DNA of 62,502 bases, the filler included. It is 21 parts of 21 records of this genome, joined end to end, with 100 filler letters (N's around TTAATTAATTAA, not from the genome) between each part and the next. Parts side by side here need not be neighbours in the genome. Positions count along the whole stretch, not along the records: positions 1 to 2,695 come from SRR36015645_13313; positions 2,796 to 5,230 come from SRR36015645_13679; positions 5,331 to 8,483 come from SRR36015645_14628; positions 8,584 to 13,082 come from SRR36015645_14639; 17 more parts are not named here. The stretch is one strand, 5' to 3'. The translations under genes and the position numbers were made by a program. Of this stretch, positions 1-10,722 are shown piece by piece. Numbering within the stretch: the stretch's first letter is position 1; each line of letters starts with the position of its first letter. Under the pieces are notes generated by a model that was not told where the DNA came from, searched no databases, and worked only from the letters and a program-made list of their open reading frames with translations.

Positions 1-222
1 TACCACAGTGGAGATAAAGAAGATCCCAACCATCAAGTCTTTTTCACCCCCACCACACATACACGCGATGACGTCATTTTTAGTCGCAACTGTTATTTTA
101 CCTCGTTTGTTTTGTAGTTGCAATATTATTTGAATATTTAAGTCAAGTTTATAACAGACAATTGCTTTTATTTAGCACATATAATTATTTTTTGATACAC
201 ATCCCCTTCAACCTCAGTTAGC

Positions 223-1522
223 CTAGGAGGTTTGAATTCTGTTAATTCTTCGGCTCCAACAAAGACGCAGCAGAAAGTCTATAATCTCAACGAATGTGAA
301 TATTGCTCTTCCGACAAAAATTCCCAGAGCGTCCCCTATGTCGCTCATCATGGTCCAGAAGGTGTAAGCATCGTTTTCCTTAATCTGCTCGTAGTGGTCG
401 CCTGCAATGTAAAGCACCAGTTCTTGGTTCGTCATACCATGTCCGGATGTTTTATTGTCTGACTGTTGCCTTTATGTGACTGTCGAAGAAGCTCTAACTG
501 CATATTCAGTGATCATACACTGGGACAGGCATATAATATGTCTACGCTTAAAGTAAAATTCCTCCATGGCCTTATGTGCACACATTTCAGATTTTAGATC
601 GGGGCATGGTTTTGACTCGCCTATCGTCCAATACAGTGAACAGTTAGCTACAGTTCTTGATCGACAGGTTGTGTATATTTTCCAAGTAGCAACGGTTTTG
701 ACTGTAGTTTCCATCATCATTGCACCACGAATCGCCGATACATTTGACCACCCTTGGCGTGAGAGCTACATCAGTGGATGTGGTTGGGGAAACTATAATC
801 CCTTCGTAAGGGAGGGGTATTATCTTGGGGTGGTGTATCGTCATGATCAAACCCATTGGCTTGTCTTTAGACGGATTAACTGCTACGTAATCAGAATTAT
901 TGATGGAGATAGTCAGAATCATTGTGTACATAAGCCGATCATCGTAGTTTTGAAATCTTAACGGATCGCTCAAATTTCCGTTAACAAGAACGCACTGCCC
1001 ATACCTAAACATGTATATATGTATGAATGTATACTCAAGTGGACTTTGCTGAAAAAACTTACTTTCTTCGATATTCACCACTGGCTTCCAGAATGCATCT
1101 TGGCCCCTTAATTTGGCCACTGGGTTTTCGACGTCGTCAACCAGTGACTTGTTTATCATCGTATTATAATTCGCTTTTAATTGTTGGTATTGAATATATG
1201 CGTCTAGAAGGTTGTGCTCCACCAACCAGGACTTGCTCACCCCGTTCATGTTGCAAATAGTTACAGCGGGAAAGCCGAGTTGGTCAACCGGTATCAGTTT
1301 TACACTGATACTCCTGGGGTGTTCGAGGAAAGTGTTGATACGCTCGCGTACCAAATAAAGCATCGTTGACAGTCCAGCCAGCAGCAGGATGGCCCAGACG
1401 ATTCGGCGGAAGCGATGTAAAGTCGTGTCGAACACTATTCTTGGTCCTATCATGCTGACGTCATTGATGAATTCCGCAAGTAATTCTGCCATTGTTTTGC
1501 TTTTGTCTGTCTCTTCCTTCAT
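223..1522 (-). pseudogene. Intronless DEG/ENaC/ASIC-family channel pseudogene
   Basis: TM1 (RRIVWAILLLAGLSTMLYLV), FPAVTICNMN, YGQC, a Cys-rich thumb and TM2 (SDIGDALGIFVGRAIFTFVEIID) are spread over ORFs 644..1522, 472..720 and 223..435. They are joined by a frameshift near 645-655 and an in-frame TAA at 472-474. Confidence 0.85.
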
Positions 1523-2344
1523 ATTTCCTGCCGTCGTTTGCTATTTTTCTCCAATGTTGATCGATTAACTGTCCTACAGACCTTGAAATTTTTGATTATT
1601 TTGGCCTTGAAATTTCGGTTAGTCAAGCAAAGTTAATTTCTGTGACTATTCCACCAATTTACAAACGTATCAATCAGACTACATCAAGAACACTGTTGGC
1701 GAACTTGGCGGTACCTTCCTCGTTCAGCTAGTCAGCTACAAGCAACAGTGTGGCACGCTTGTAAATGAAAACTGCCTAGGCTAAATCGATATCTGTTAAA
1801 TGACACGTACCAAGTTACAGTTTTGCAAAAATCTAATCAGAAAGCTGAATACTATGACTGTAAACAAATACAGTAAGTGTTAATTTCTGCACTGCCGCAA
1901 TATAACTTCCACCCTCAGGTACGTGTTCCGGGAACTAATAATGTGACGCCGATGACACATGTTGCTATAGTTTCTTTTTAAACAAGCTGTCCAGTGACGT
2001 TATGCACAAATTGTTGCAACAACAGTCTAACCGACTTTTTAAAAGTCACATTTTCAGCCAGACCAGTAGGCTGTCCACCGTTCCTCTCTTTCCCGCCTGT
2101 GCCTGTTTTTTTAGGCTATTTCTCCTTTTTGTCAGAATTCCTTTTTTCGCTTTATGTAAATTGAACGCCGAGTTTTATTAGAAATACTCTTGAAAAAATC
2201 TTCAGATTTGCCCAAATTGCAGCTGAGGGCGACAAAATTTTAAGAAAATTTGCAGGCTCTAGTTGGCAATGGGCCCCTAACTAAGCACGTCTCCTCACTT
2301 GCATGTTTTATTGTTGGTGACCTTTTCAGACCTTTTCATTTGGG

Positions 2345-2695
2345 TCAGATTCGAAAATCAAGAAAAAGATTGCTATAGCAGAAAATGGCTTGGAGCAGGA
2401 AACTTCCAATGGCCACGAAAAGGATAATACTGAAATGCTATGTGGAGTCTATTCTTACCTAAGACCTGGACCATATCAATATAAATGAAAAAACGATTAG
2501 AGGCCTATCGTAGAATGTTGCGAATTTCATGGAAATATCATGTTTTAAATGAAGAAGTGAGCACTACGCAGAGCATCAGCGCAGAAAAACCTATACACTT
2601 GTAAAACATAAGAAGGTGACAAATTGAATTCCAATAGGTCACGTTATGAGAATAGGAGAGATGGAAAATTTGCCAATAACTGGAAAGATCGAAGG
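2345..2695 (+). mobile_element. Degenerate RTE-clade LINE relic (region C-terminal to the RT)
   Basis: Fragmented translations KIAIA, LKCYVESILT, YRRMLRISW, GHVMR and TGKIEG match RTE/BovB ORF2 C-terminal motifs. Multiple frameshifts and stops. Confidence 0.7.
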
Positions 2696-2795
2696 NNNNN
2701 NNNNNNNNNNNNNNNNNNNNNNNNNNNNNNNNNNNNNNNTTAATTAATTAANNNNNNNNNNNNNNNNNNNNNNNNNNNNNNNNNNNNNNNNNNNN
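2696..2795. other. Artificial contig spacer N44-TTAATTAATTAA-N44 (first of 20). Others start at 5231, 8484, 13083, 15687, 18221, 22243, 24360, 28825, 31074, 33684, 35969, 38495, 42060, 44358, 46654, 48768, 51530, 56380 and 59722.
   Basis: Identical 100-nt blocks with a six-frame-stop linker. Confidence 0.99.
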
Positions 2796-3096
2796 AGATG
2801 GGCGACGTGGTGGAGGGACGGCCGATTGGGCCCGCCAGAGCGCCGCCGACGCCCTAAACGTTGGAAATTGGAGCAATTTAAATGTGCTAAATGTGCTGAA
2901 TCACTGTGTGTAAAAACAATACTGGATTTTGCCACACAAATTCATCCAGAAGGGATTCTTTACTGTTAACGAGACGACGGCCTGCCAGGGCCACGGAATG
3001 GATATGGAAAACCCTGGCAGGAATGATAGAACATAGCACAAGAGTAGCGTGCTAGTGGAACTCTTTTAAATGTGAAAAAATACTACAAACACGACT

Positions 3097-4969
3097 ATGG
3101 AAAACCTGCGACGACCTTCGGCAAACGCCGTACAAAGGGAAATCGACCTGGACTTCCGAAAAGTCGTGCAAACGGCTATAACACCATCATCATCGTATAT
3201 CAAAAGAAACTCACCACTTCATCAACAGTTAAAAACAATAACATTAAGAAAGAACCGTCTACGAAAATTTGCATTTAAGGACAGTAACTGTAAGAAACAA
3301 TTATTTTCCTGTATTCGTGAGATACAGAAACTTAAAAGGAAAATTGCCATCAGTGATGTTCAGCAGTCCTTGGATCAGTTCAAAACTCATTTCCAGAATG
3401 TGACACTACAACGACACTAAATCACTTCCGCTCTACATATGAAAAAATTGAACAATCCACCATTCCTGATGAGCTTCTACCGGTACGTACAATCCAATAC
3501 GAATTTGACAACTCGCCAATCACACTGAAAGAAGTCCAGAATGCCATCCGTAGATCCAACATCAAATCAGCACCGGGACAAGACAAAGTTACATACAAAC
3601 ACCTCCGAAATCCAGACATCCCACCAAGTGTTGTCCAACTATTTAACCACATACTTGATAACGCAACACCTCCGACAGACTGGTCATCAGCGATTATCAC
3701 CCTCATCTACAAAAAAGGATTGAAATCTGACCCAAGCAACTACAGACCGATCTCGATTACGTCATGTCTCGCAAGAACATTCCACAGGATTCTAGCCGAC
3801 CGTCTTGAAACATACATCAAACAGAATAACATAATTGACACTGACATACATAAAGGATTCATCAAAAATATTAAAGGAACCATTGACTATCCATTTATAG
3901 TTCATGAACTCATAACAGATACAAAATTTAAGAACAAAACGTTAAATATCACTTTTCTGGATCTGAAGGATGCGTTTGGAAATATTCCACATGATCTGGT
4001 AAGTCAAGCTTTACACAACTTGGGGTTACCTGATAACATTCTCATATATCTCAACACACTATACTCCCGACTATCTGCAAAAGTAAAAGCATGTGATGGG
4101 GTGACAGGGGAGTTCCGTTTCAGAAAGGGGGTATTCCAGGGTGACAGCCTGAGTGCTTTAATTTTTATTATATGTACCGAACTCATCAACAAACGCTTCA
4201 TACAAGAGGCCCAACAACATGCATATAAAATGACTGACGGAACCCCAACATGCTTCCTTGCCTATGTCGATGATACCTGTCTCATCACCGACGACACCAC
4301 TCAACATCAACCTGTAAATCAGCATCCCTAGCCCTCCGCCCTGACAAATGTATAAGCCTGACTGTCCGTAATGGAATAATCTCTCCACTACACACGACCA
4401 TCGCAGGCATACCAACAAAAGTACTAGACAGAACCCCATCAAAGTACCTTGGCAGTATCATGATGACTAACCACATTATAGGCCACTCCTGTCACCTTCT
4501 AAAGAAACTACAAACAGTCATCAACAACATTGACACAACAAAACACCTTAGAGGCCGAGATAGGATCAAAATCCTGCTCAACTATTTCATACCAGCATTA
4601 CATTTCAACCTCATGGTCAATGAACTATCCTATAACGTTCTCAAACAAATGGACAAGACCTGTACAAAAGCCCTAACAAAATGGCGGTCCAATGATCCTA
4701 ACTATCACAAAATGACTACAACCCGGCCCTATATCCCACCAACCACTCTCTACACAGCAATTCAAGCCCAAACATACTTACACAGGCTTTATTCCGATGA
4801 CCGAGTTGTCTCAGCTGTATTTCAGAAATTCGACCGAGAACAAAACCCAGCCCTCCAATTAGCCATGGATATCTTTTTAAAAACGCCTAGTCTGAAAAAA
4901 GCTCTCAAACAACTGAAAACAACTGCAGACCTAAACATAGATCTTGACAATAACTATCCGCCAGCCTGA
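3097..4969 (+). pseudogene. Disrupted non-LTR retrotransposon RT, R2-group (HERO/NeSL-like)
   Basis: The frame open from about 3357 to 4331 reads SAPGQD, YRPISITS, IDTDIHKGF, DLKDAFGNIPH, GVFQGDSLS and AYVDD. KYLG and the thumb follow after a frameshift (4460..4969). No C-terminal RLE domain is visible. Confidence 0.75.
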
Positions 4970-5229
4970 AGCTTTTGGATGAGGGAGGCTCGAGCTTCGT
5001 CGTGGCCGCGCCGTAGCAGCTCGTTTCTTACCGCGTCATTGATTTTGACCGCAGCATGTTTTGTCCCTCCTCGTATACGAATATCAGTCTTTTGTTGCAC
5101 ATATTTATCCCATTCGTCCAGCACATTTTTAAACTCCTGATCTGAGATGGTACCATCTCGCAGAGCTTTGGATATGTGGTCAGCCACCGTAAAAATCTTG
5201 GCCTCTGCCAGAATGCGTAGTTGGTCATG
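4954..5229 (-). CDS. 3' part of a small helical protein resembling a Polinton/Maverick (adintovirus) accessory protein
   Basis: Open from the contig edge: HDQLRILAEAKIFTVADHISKALRDGTISDQEFKNVLDEWDKY. Motif recalled from Polinton-associated ORFs, unverified. Confidence 0.4.
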   Translation of the reverse strand, partial: HDQLRILAEAKIFTVADHISKALRDGTISDQEFKNVLDEWDKYVQQKTDIRIRGGTKHAAVKINDAVRNELLRRGHDEARASLIQKLQAGG

Positions 5230-6122
5230 CNNNNNNNNNNNNNNNNNNNNNNNNNNNNNNNNNNNNNNNNNNNNTTAATTAATTAANNNNNNNNNNNNNN
5301 NNNNNNNNNNNNNNNNNNNNNNNNNNNNNNTTAAATTAAGCGGTTTCTAAGATAAAAACTCTAAATACACAAAGCCGCGGCCATCTTGGCGGTCATATTG
5401 TATTTTTACCATTCCTGGGCATACCACGCCGTTCAAAGTGGTAATTTCGGAAAGCCAATGAGTAAGTACCCATATGCTAGTAATACCATTTGCATATGCT
5501 CTAAATCAAGCGGTTTCTAAGGTCGAAAATAATATTAGAGAGAGTGCAAGTCGCACGAAACATCGCTCTCTGCATTTTTTGTTGTTTTTATCTGTTTACA
5601 GACGTTGTTTTTGGATTAAAATGGATATTTAACCGTATAATAGCCTACAGGTGAGAGAAGTGAAGCGACATGGCCGATAACAGTCATTAACAGCCTAGAT
5701 TTGATGGTTTTGGTGGTTTTCTGATGTACCTGTTGTACTACTGTTTGGACTTAGCCCGGTTTTCACACGTTTCGATGCCGGGTAGCAACAGGACACGGCA
5801 AAATTTTCACGAGGGACTGTAACCAAATACCGAAATTGTTTAATAGATCGAGTGACGTCACAATGGGTTTTGCCATTTAACTACCGAACGTAAACATCTA
5901 TGCAGCTCCCTGTTCGTGTGCTATAGACTGAGTGGTGTACTCGGATACATTGTTTTCTCGCCTCGGGCAAGCTACATGTACCTTACTCATTGAACTGAGA
6001 GTTGCTGTACTCTAGCGTGCCACCGAGCTACCGTAATCACTGGACTAAACGAGCACACGCAGCTTTGTCAAAGTGACGTTGAGTTTTTTACTGCGTTTGA
6101 TTACAGCCTTTTTATCTTTGCG

Positions 6123-7067
6123 ATGGCCGATGCCGCTGCTTCGACAGGTGATAAAGCGAATGACAGTTTTGTGTCAGCGACGTCTGAAAGGAACGAGATG
6201 GAGCTTGCCGACGGGGTAAAGAGGACCCATGACGAGGTATCAGACAGTTCTGTAAATACCACGCCTGATGCGAAGCTGCCTAAATACACAATATACAGGG
6301 CCGACGATCCTGATGCAGACATTGCAAAACTGAAGCGGGCTCTGACGGATCCATCTGTAGTCGATCTGTATGTACAGTCTCAGGCTGAGGCTGTCAAAAA
6401 GCTCATCGCCGCCGATATCGAGGCTTTGATCGAGTTCCGCGTGAAAGAACAGTGCGAAAAGTTCATGGAGACCAAGATAGCTGAGAGATGCGATCTTGTC
6501 GTAGCAGAGAGCCGTCACGAGGTGGAAGTGCTGCGTCGTGACAACGAGAAGCTCCACGCCAAAATTCACGACTTGGAGCAACAGGTCCAAGCTCAGGATG
6601 CTCGAGACGATGAGCTCGAACAATATGGCAGACGAAATGGTGTCCGCATTTGGGGTATCCGTGAGTCAGCGAACGAAAGTACGGATGCCATAGTTGTCCA
6701 GCTGTGTAAGGACCTAAATGTCGATATTCAGCCATGCGACATATCAAGGTCACATCGAGTTGGTAGGCCGTCCTCTGATGCTGCCGCTAAACCAAGGGCT
6801 ATTATTTGTAAGTTCGTCACTTATAATAAACGCCGATTGCTCTACCAAAATCGGTCGAATCTGAGGAAGCAGGAACGCAGCAGAAAGATTTTCATCAGTG
6901 AAGACCTGACAAAGCTAAGATCCCGCCTTTTCTATGAGTGCCGCCAACTCCTCCAGTCCAAGAAGATAGAAGGAACTTGGACATCGGACGGCAGGATCTT
7001 AGTGAAGGACAAGGCTGGGAAAATACTTCAGATGAAGAGTTACGAAGACATTTCCAAACTAAAATAA
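6123..7067 (+). CDS. LINE ORF1-type protein (coiled coil + RRM + CTD, L1-ORF1/Transposase_22-like, CR1/L2-group style)
   Basis: Coiled coil, then ELEQYGRRNGVRIWGI, DISRSHRVG, PRAIICKF, IFISEDLT and WTSDGRILVK. Confidence 0.85.
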   Translation: MADAAASTGDKANDSFVSATSERNEMELADGVKRTHDEVSDSSVNTTPDAKLPKYTIYRADDPDADIAKLKRALTDPSVVDLYVQSQAEAVKKLIAADIEALIEFRVKEQCEKFMETKIAERCDLVVAESRHEVEVLRRDNEKLHAKIHDLEQQVQAQDARDDELEQYGRRNGVRIWGIRESANESTDAIVVQLCKDLNVDIQPCDISRSHRVGRPSSDAAAKPRAIICKFVTYNKRRLLYQNRSNLRKQERSRKIFISEDLTKLRSRLFYECRQLLQSKKIEGTWTSDGRILVKDKAGKILQMKSYEDISKLK

Positions 7068-8655
7068 TTAGCACATCAACTGATCAGAAGCTAAATGGTT
7101 TCAGTAATTCTACATGCTCCCTAGTAGCCTACTCATATTGCCAATTAGTAAAAATGAGTGCCTTTTCGTTTTTTTAACCAGATATTTGAAAAATGTTCCA
7201 CTATAAATTTACATTAATTCCCTGTTGGCACACTTAATGTAGGAGATGACTGTGATCTTTTTAAGGAAAGTGCTTTTTTGCAAAGTATAAAATTTACTTC
7301 GTATGTATACCTTGCGAAATGTTAGAAATGTGTTCGGTACAATCCAAACTAGATTATTATTTTTTCTGTCAACACATGCAAGGTCATTTATTACATAGCT
7401 TCACTGGCAATGACAATATTATTACAGAAAAGTGTGCGCGAATAATTAACACGGTCTTTAGGCTGTAGCAAACAATTGTGTTTAAGTCGTATTAGTCGGA
7501 TACAAAAGTTGTATTTTGTTTATCTATTTTCTGTAGCTCTTATGTGGCAAAATTGATTTGTGGTGCTCCTCCAAAAGCAATTCTATTATACCAATAGCAG
7601 TTTTTTTCGGTACTCGTTATACCCGTTCTGTACATGTATGAGCCGCCCATTTTGAATTTTACAACTTTTTGCTGTAATATCAAAAAATTATCCATACATG
7701 TACATGTACTACAGTATTAAATAATGTTAAAAAATAGCACAGGAACCCGAAACGCTTGCACGGAACTTTTTTTCTGTTCAAAAAGCCTAGATAAAAAACA
7801 AATAAATTGTTTTTGGACCACATACTATGCCACACAGGAATTTGTGATAGTCTTTATTTTGGGAATATGAGAGAACAATATTCTAAGTATGTGACTGCTC
7901 ATCATGCATGTTCTAAAGTTGTAAAATGCTAGTATCCACTGATTACATATAGATGCCGATATTACTTTTGCTTTTGATTTTGCTATGTACCTTGAAATAC
8001 AAATTTCGAAGTGAAATTTGCTTTTATTTTATGTCAAGTGATGCTCTTTTACTGATCGATCAGCACTTGGAATCTGTGTTTACTGATATAGGCCTACCTT
8101 ATTAATATATTTGAGATGTGAAGTATTACTTTGCGTGGAATATATTTCCATGATTTATATGCTCGTTCAGTGTGCGTTTTTAAAATAATAATTTATTTTT
8201 GCTTTACAGTAGATACTCTGCCTAACCACGGATCTCTTAAACGTTAAACAACCGTCAGGGTCATTCTTTATTGATGATGCGTGGCTAACATGATGCTTAT
8301 TCAATGAAAGTGTGTGTTAATAATGAATACCGGTCTAAATTCTCTGGGTATTACCTGCTGATGACACTATGAAGATTTTTTCAGTTTCGTTACTTTTACG
8401 GATTATGCTATGCAGATACAAAAAAAAAACAGACTGTTTACGGTACCGATACTTACATGTATGCTACTCATTGCAGCCTTTTTNNNNNNNNNNNNNNNNN
8501 NNNNNNNNNNNNNNNNNNNNNNNNNNNTTAATTAATTAANNNNNNNNNNNNNNNNNNNNNNNNNNNNNNNNNNNNNNNNNNNNCAGTCTAGTAGTACAGG
8601 AGCTAAGGGTGCGCGTAGTGATGTTAGCTGGGCTACGGCGAGCCAGGCATCCGGT

Positions 8656-10710
8656 GTGGGCCTACAAAGTCGTGACGCAGTAGGTGTGGACTCTGGTGTG
8701 CAGTCTAGTGGTACTGGAACTGGAACTGATTCGGGTGGTAACCAGAAAGTGACTGTAGCATACGCAGACATTATTAAACGGAAACAAGCTGAATATTTTG
8801 TACATAAGCGTACAGCAGTGTCGGTGAGGTTAACAGCAGAAGACCATCGTAACCTTGGGCTAATAACTTGTTCAAATGCCTTTATTGACATAGTCGGGGG
8901 TGATGCAATAACACATGTGTCCAAGGTGAACTCAAAACTTGTTGTTTATGTGAAAACAGTTGAGCAAGCAGAATTTCTGTGTACAACTGGTGTTAACTTT
9001 GGTGGTTACCTTAGGGAAGTTAGAAGATTGCACTCTCCTTATAGCTCTGTTGTTGTATCTAATGTGTTTCCCGAAATACCAAACTCTGTCATTGAGAGCT
9101 ATTTTCGCAGAGCATTTGCTGTTGAAGTAAAGTACATAAAGCAAATCCCCGCAGGGTTCAAGGACCCTAAACTAAAGCACATCATGTCCTTTCGTAGAGA
9201 GGTTAGGTTTCTCAGGCTTGATAATGATGATGGCTTTCACATACCACCAGAAATAATTCTTGAGTACAATGATGAGAAGTACAAAGTGTACTTATCTGAG
9301 CCTGGGAAGCCAATATGTTTCCGGTGTTTTCAGTTTGGTCATATCCAGTCTGTCTGTCCACAAAAACGTGCACAATATAACAGAAATGATAATTATAACA
9401 TGCAAAATAAAGGTGAAAGCCGTACTAGGGAAGGAACTCAGAGAGAAAATCGAGACCAAAATGCTAACCAAAGTTCCATTCCCTCGCGTTCAGAAAATGG
9501 TGTAAGTAAATTAAGCTCTAGTAAAGGCCATTCATCATCTCCAACCATGGCGGCAGGCAAAGATAGTAACGAGATAACAAGCCAGGGACGCAACCAAAAG
9601 GAAAGTGCAGGAAAACCCGAAATAACAGAAAAGGAGAGAAGTAAGGAGGAGGATATGGACACCGAAGGGTTCATTGTCCCGAACAACCGGAGAAGTAAAC
9701 GAAAAATAAACACATCCAACGGCTCAATTGGAAATGACTCTATCAATAACGGCAACATATATAATGCTCTTCTGGAGGCAGATACCGATACGGAAAGCAA
9801 CGATCACGTAACGCAAGGCTTAGTAAAACCACAAGAGCAAGCAAAGTCTACAAAGAAAAAGGCAAGAACAGATGCTAAAGTTTGTGAAATTTCAGGTGAT
9901 GGTACTTCAACGAAGGCTTCATCGACGTCTGTGTCGACAGAAAAAGAACCTCAAAACCGGAATAATGGATCACATGAAGAGGTGACACACAGTGGTGATG
10001 ACAACACAATAACATGTGATGAAAAGAACCGTAACAGTGAGCTGTTCTACAGTGTAAATGAGGAAGGAGTAGATGGTTTGATGAATGACCATGCTAACGG
10101 AAGCCCCATATCTGACTCAGTTTGCATTGAGATACAGACAGATGACGAAAACAATCTAGACACACATCTATCTGGAAGCAATCAACAACCCGGGATAGTA
10201 GCATGCAGCACGCCAATATGCCAACCAAGTAGTGCTACATGTATTTCGTTAACACAAGTGTTGGATGAAGAACAAATGCTGTCCTTCGGTAAGGAATCGG
10301 AGGCTAACAGTGATTCTGGTCATGTAGGCTTACATGAAAAAGTGGAACATCAAAACGCAGATGAAACTGATGAGATGGAGTTACAAACACAGGACTTTCA
10401 TTTGCCTGACACTTCTACTTGGCCATTGTCAAGATCGAAACTAAAAGAGTTGTTGAACGCTACGAAAAACAAGCGCCGTGGTGAGATTACCGAAATAGTA
10501 ACATCGTATACGATAAACATAGAGGGACTGATAAAACAGTTGGAAGCGGAAAAGAAATCAAAAGACAGCCTAGATGATGACAAAAAGAATCTGACGCGTA
10601 GGATGTCTCATCTAATAAACAGGCTCAAATATATCAAAAATGGTAACGTTGATGATGAGGACCCACCGGAAAATGAATTGACAGAAAGGAAACAGAAGTC
10701 ACCAGTCTAA
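8656..10710 (+). CDS. L1/Tx1-like LINE ORF1 (RRM + CCHC knuckle + long disordered tail)
   Basis: VVVSNVFPEIPN, HIMSFRR and CFRCFQFGHIQSVC, located 12 nt upstream of an APE-RT ORF2. Confidence 0.85.
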   Translation: MGLQSRDAVGVDSGVQSSGTGTGTDSGGNQKVTVAYADIIKRKQAEYFVHKRTAVSVRLTAEDHRNLGLITCSNAFIDIVGGDAITHVSKVNSKLVVYVKTVEQAEFLCTTGVNFGGYLREVRRLHSPYSSVVVSNVFPEIPNSVIESYFRRAFAVEVKYIKQIPAGFKDPKLKHIMSFRREVRFLRLDNDDGFHIPPEIILEYNDEKYKVYLSEPGKPICFRCFQFGHIQSVCPQKRAQYNRNDNYNMQNKGESRTREGTQRENRDQNANQSSIPSRSENGVSKLSSSKGHSSSPTMAAGKDSNEITSQGRNQKESAGKPEITEKERSKEEDMDTEGFIVPNNRRSKRKINTSNGSIGNDSINNGNIYNALLEADTDTESNDHVTQGLVKPQEQAKSTKKKARTDAKVCEISGDGTSTKASSTSVSTEKEPQNRNNGSHEEVTHSGDDNTITCDEKNRNSELFYSVNEEGVDGLMNDHANGSPISDSVCIEIQTDDENNLDTHLSGSNQQPGIVACSTPICQPSSATCISLTQVLDEEQMLSFGKESEANSDSGHVGLHEKVEHQNADETDEMELQTQDFHLPDTSTWPLSRSKLKELLNATKNKRRGEITEIVTSYTINIEGLIKQLEAEKKSKDSLDDDKKNLTRRMSHLINRLKYIKNGNVDDEDPPENELTERKQKSPV

Positions 10711-10722
10711 AATAAACTAATT

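Noticed and set aside
5331-5530. Repeated AAGCGGTTTCTAAG with a GCCATCTTG motif, and similar MITE-like bits at 22055-22242 and 47400-47700
   Set aside because: Probably non-autonomous repeat fragments, but no boundaries can be defined.
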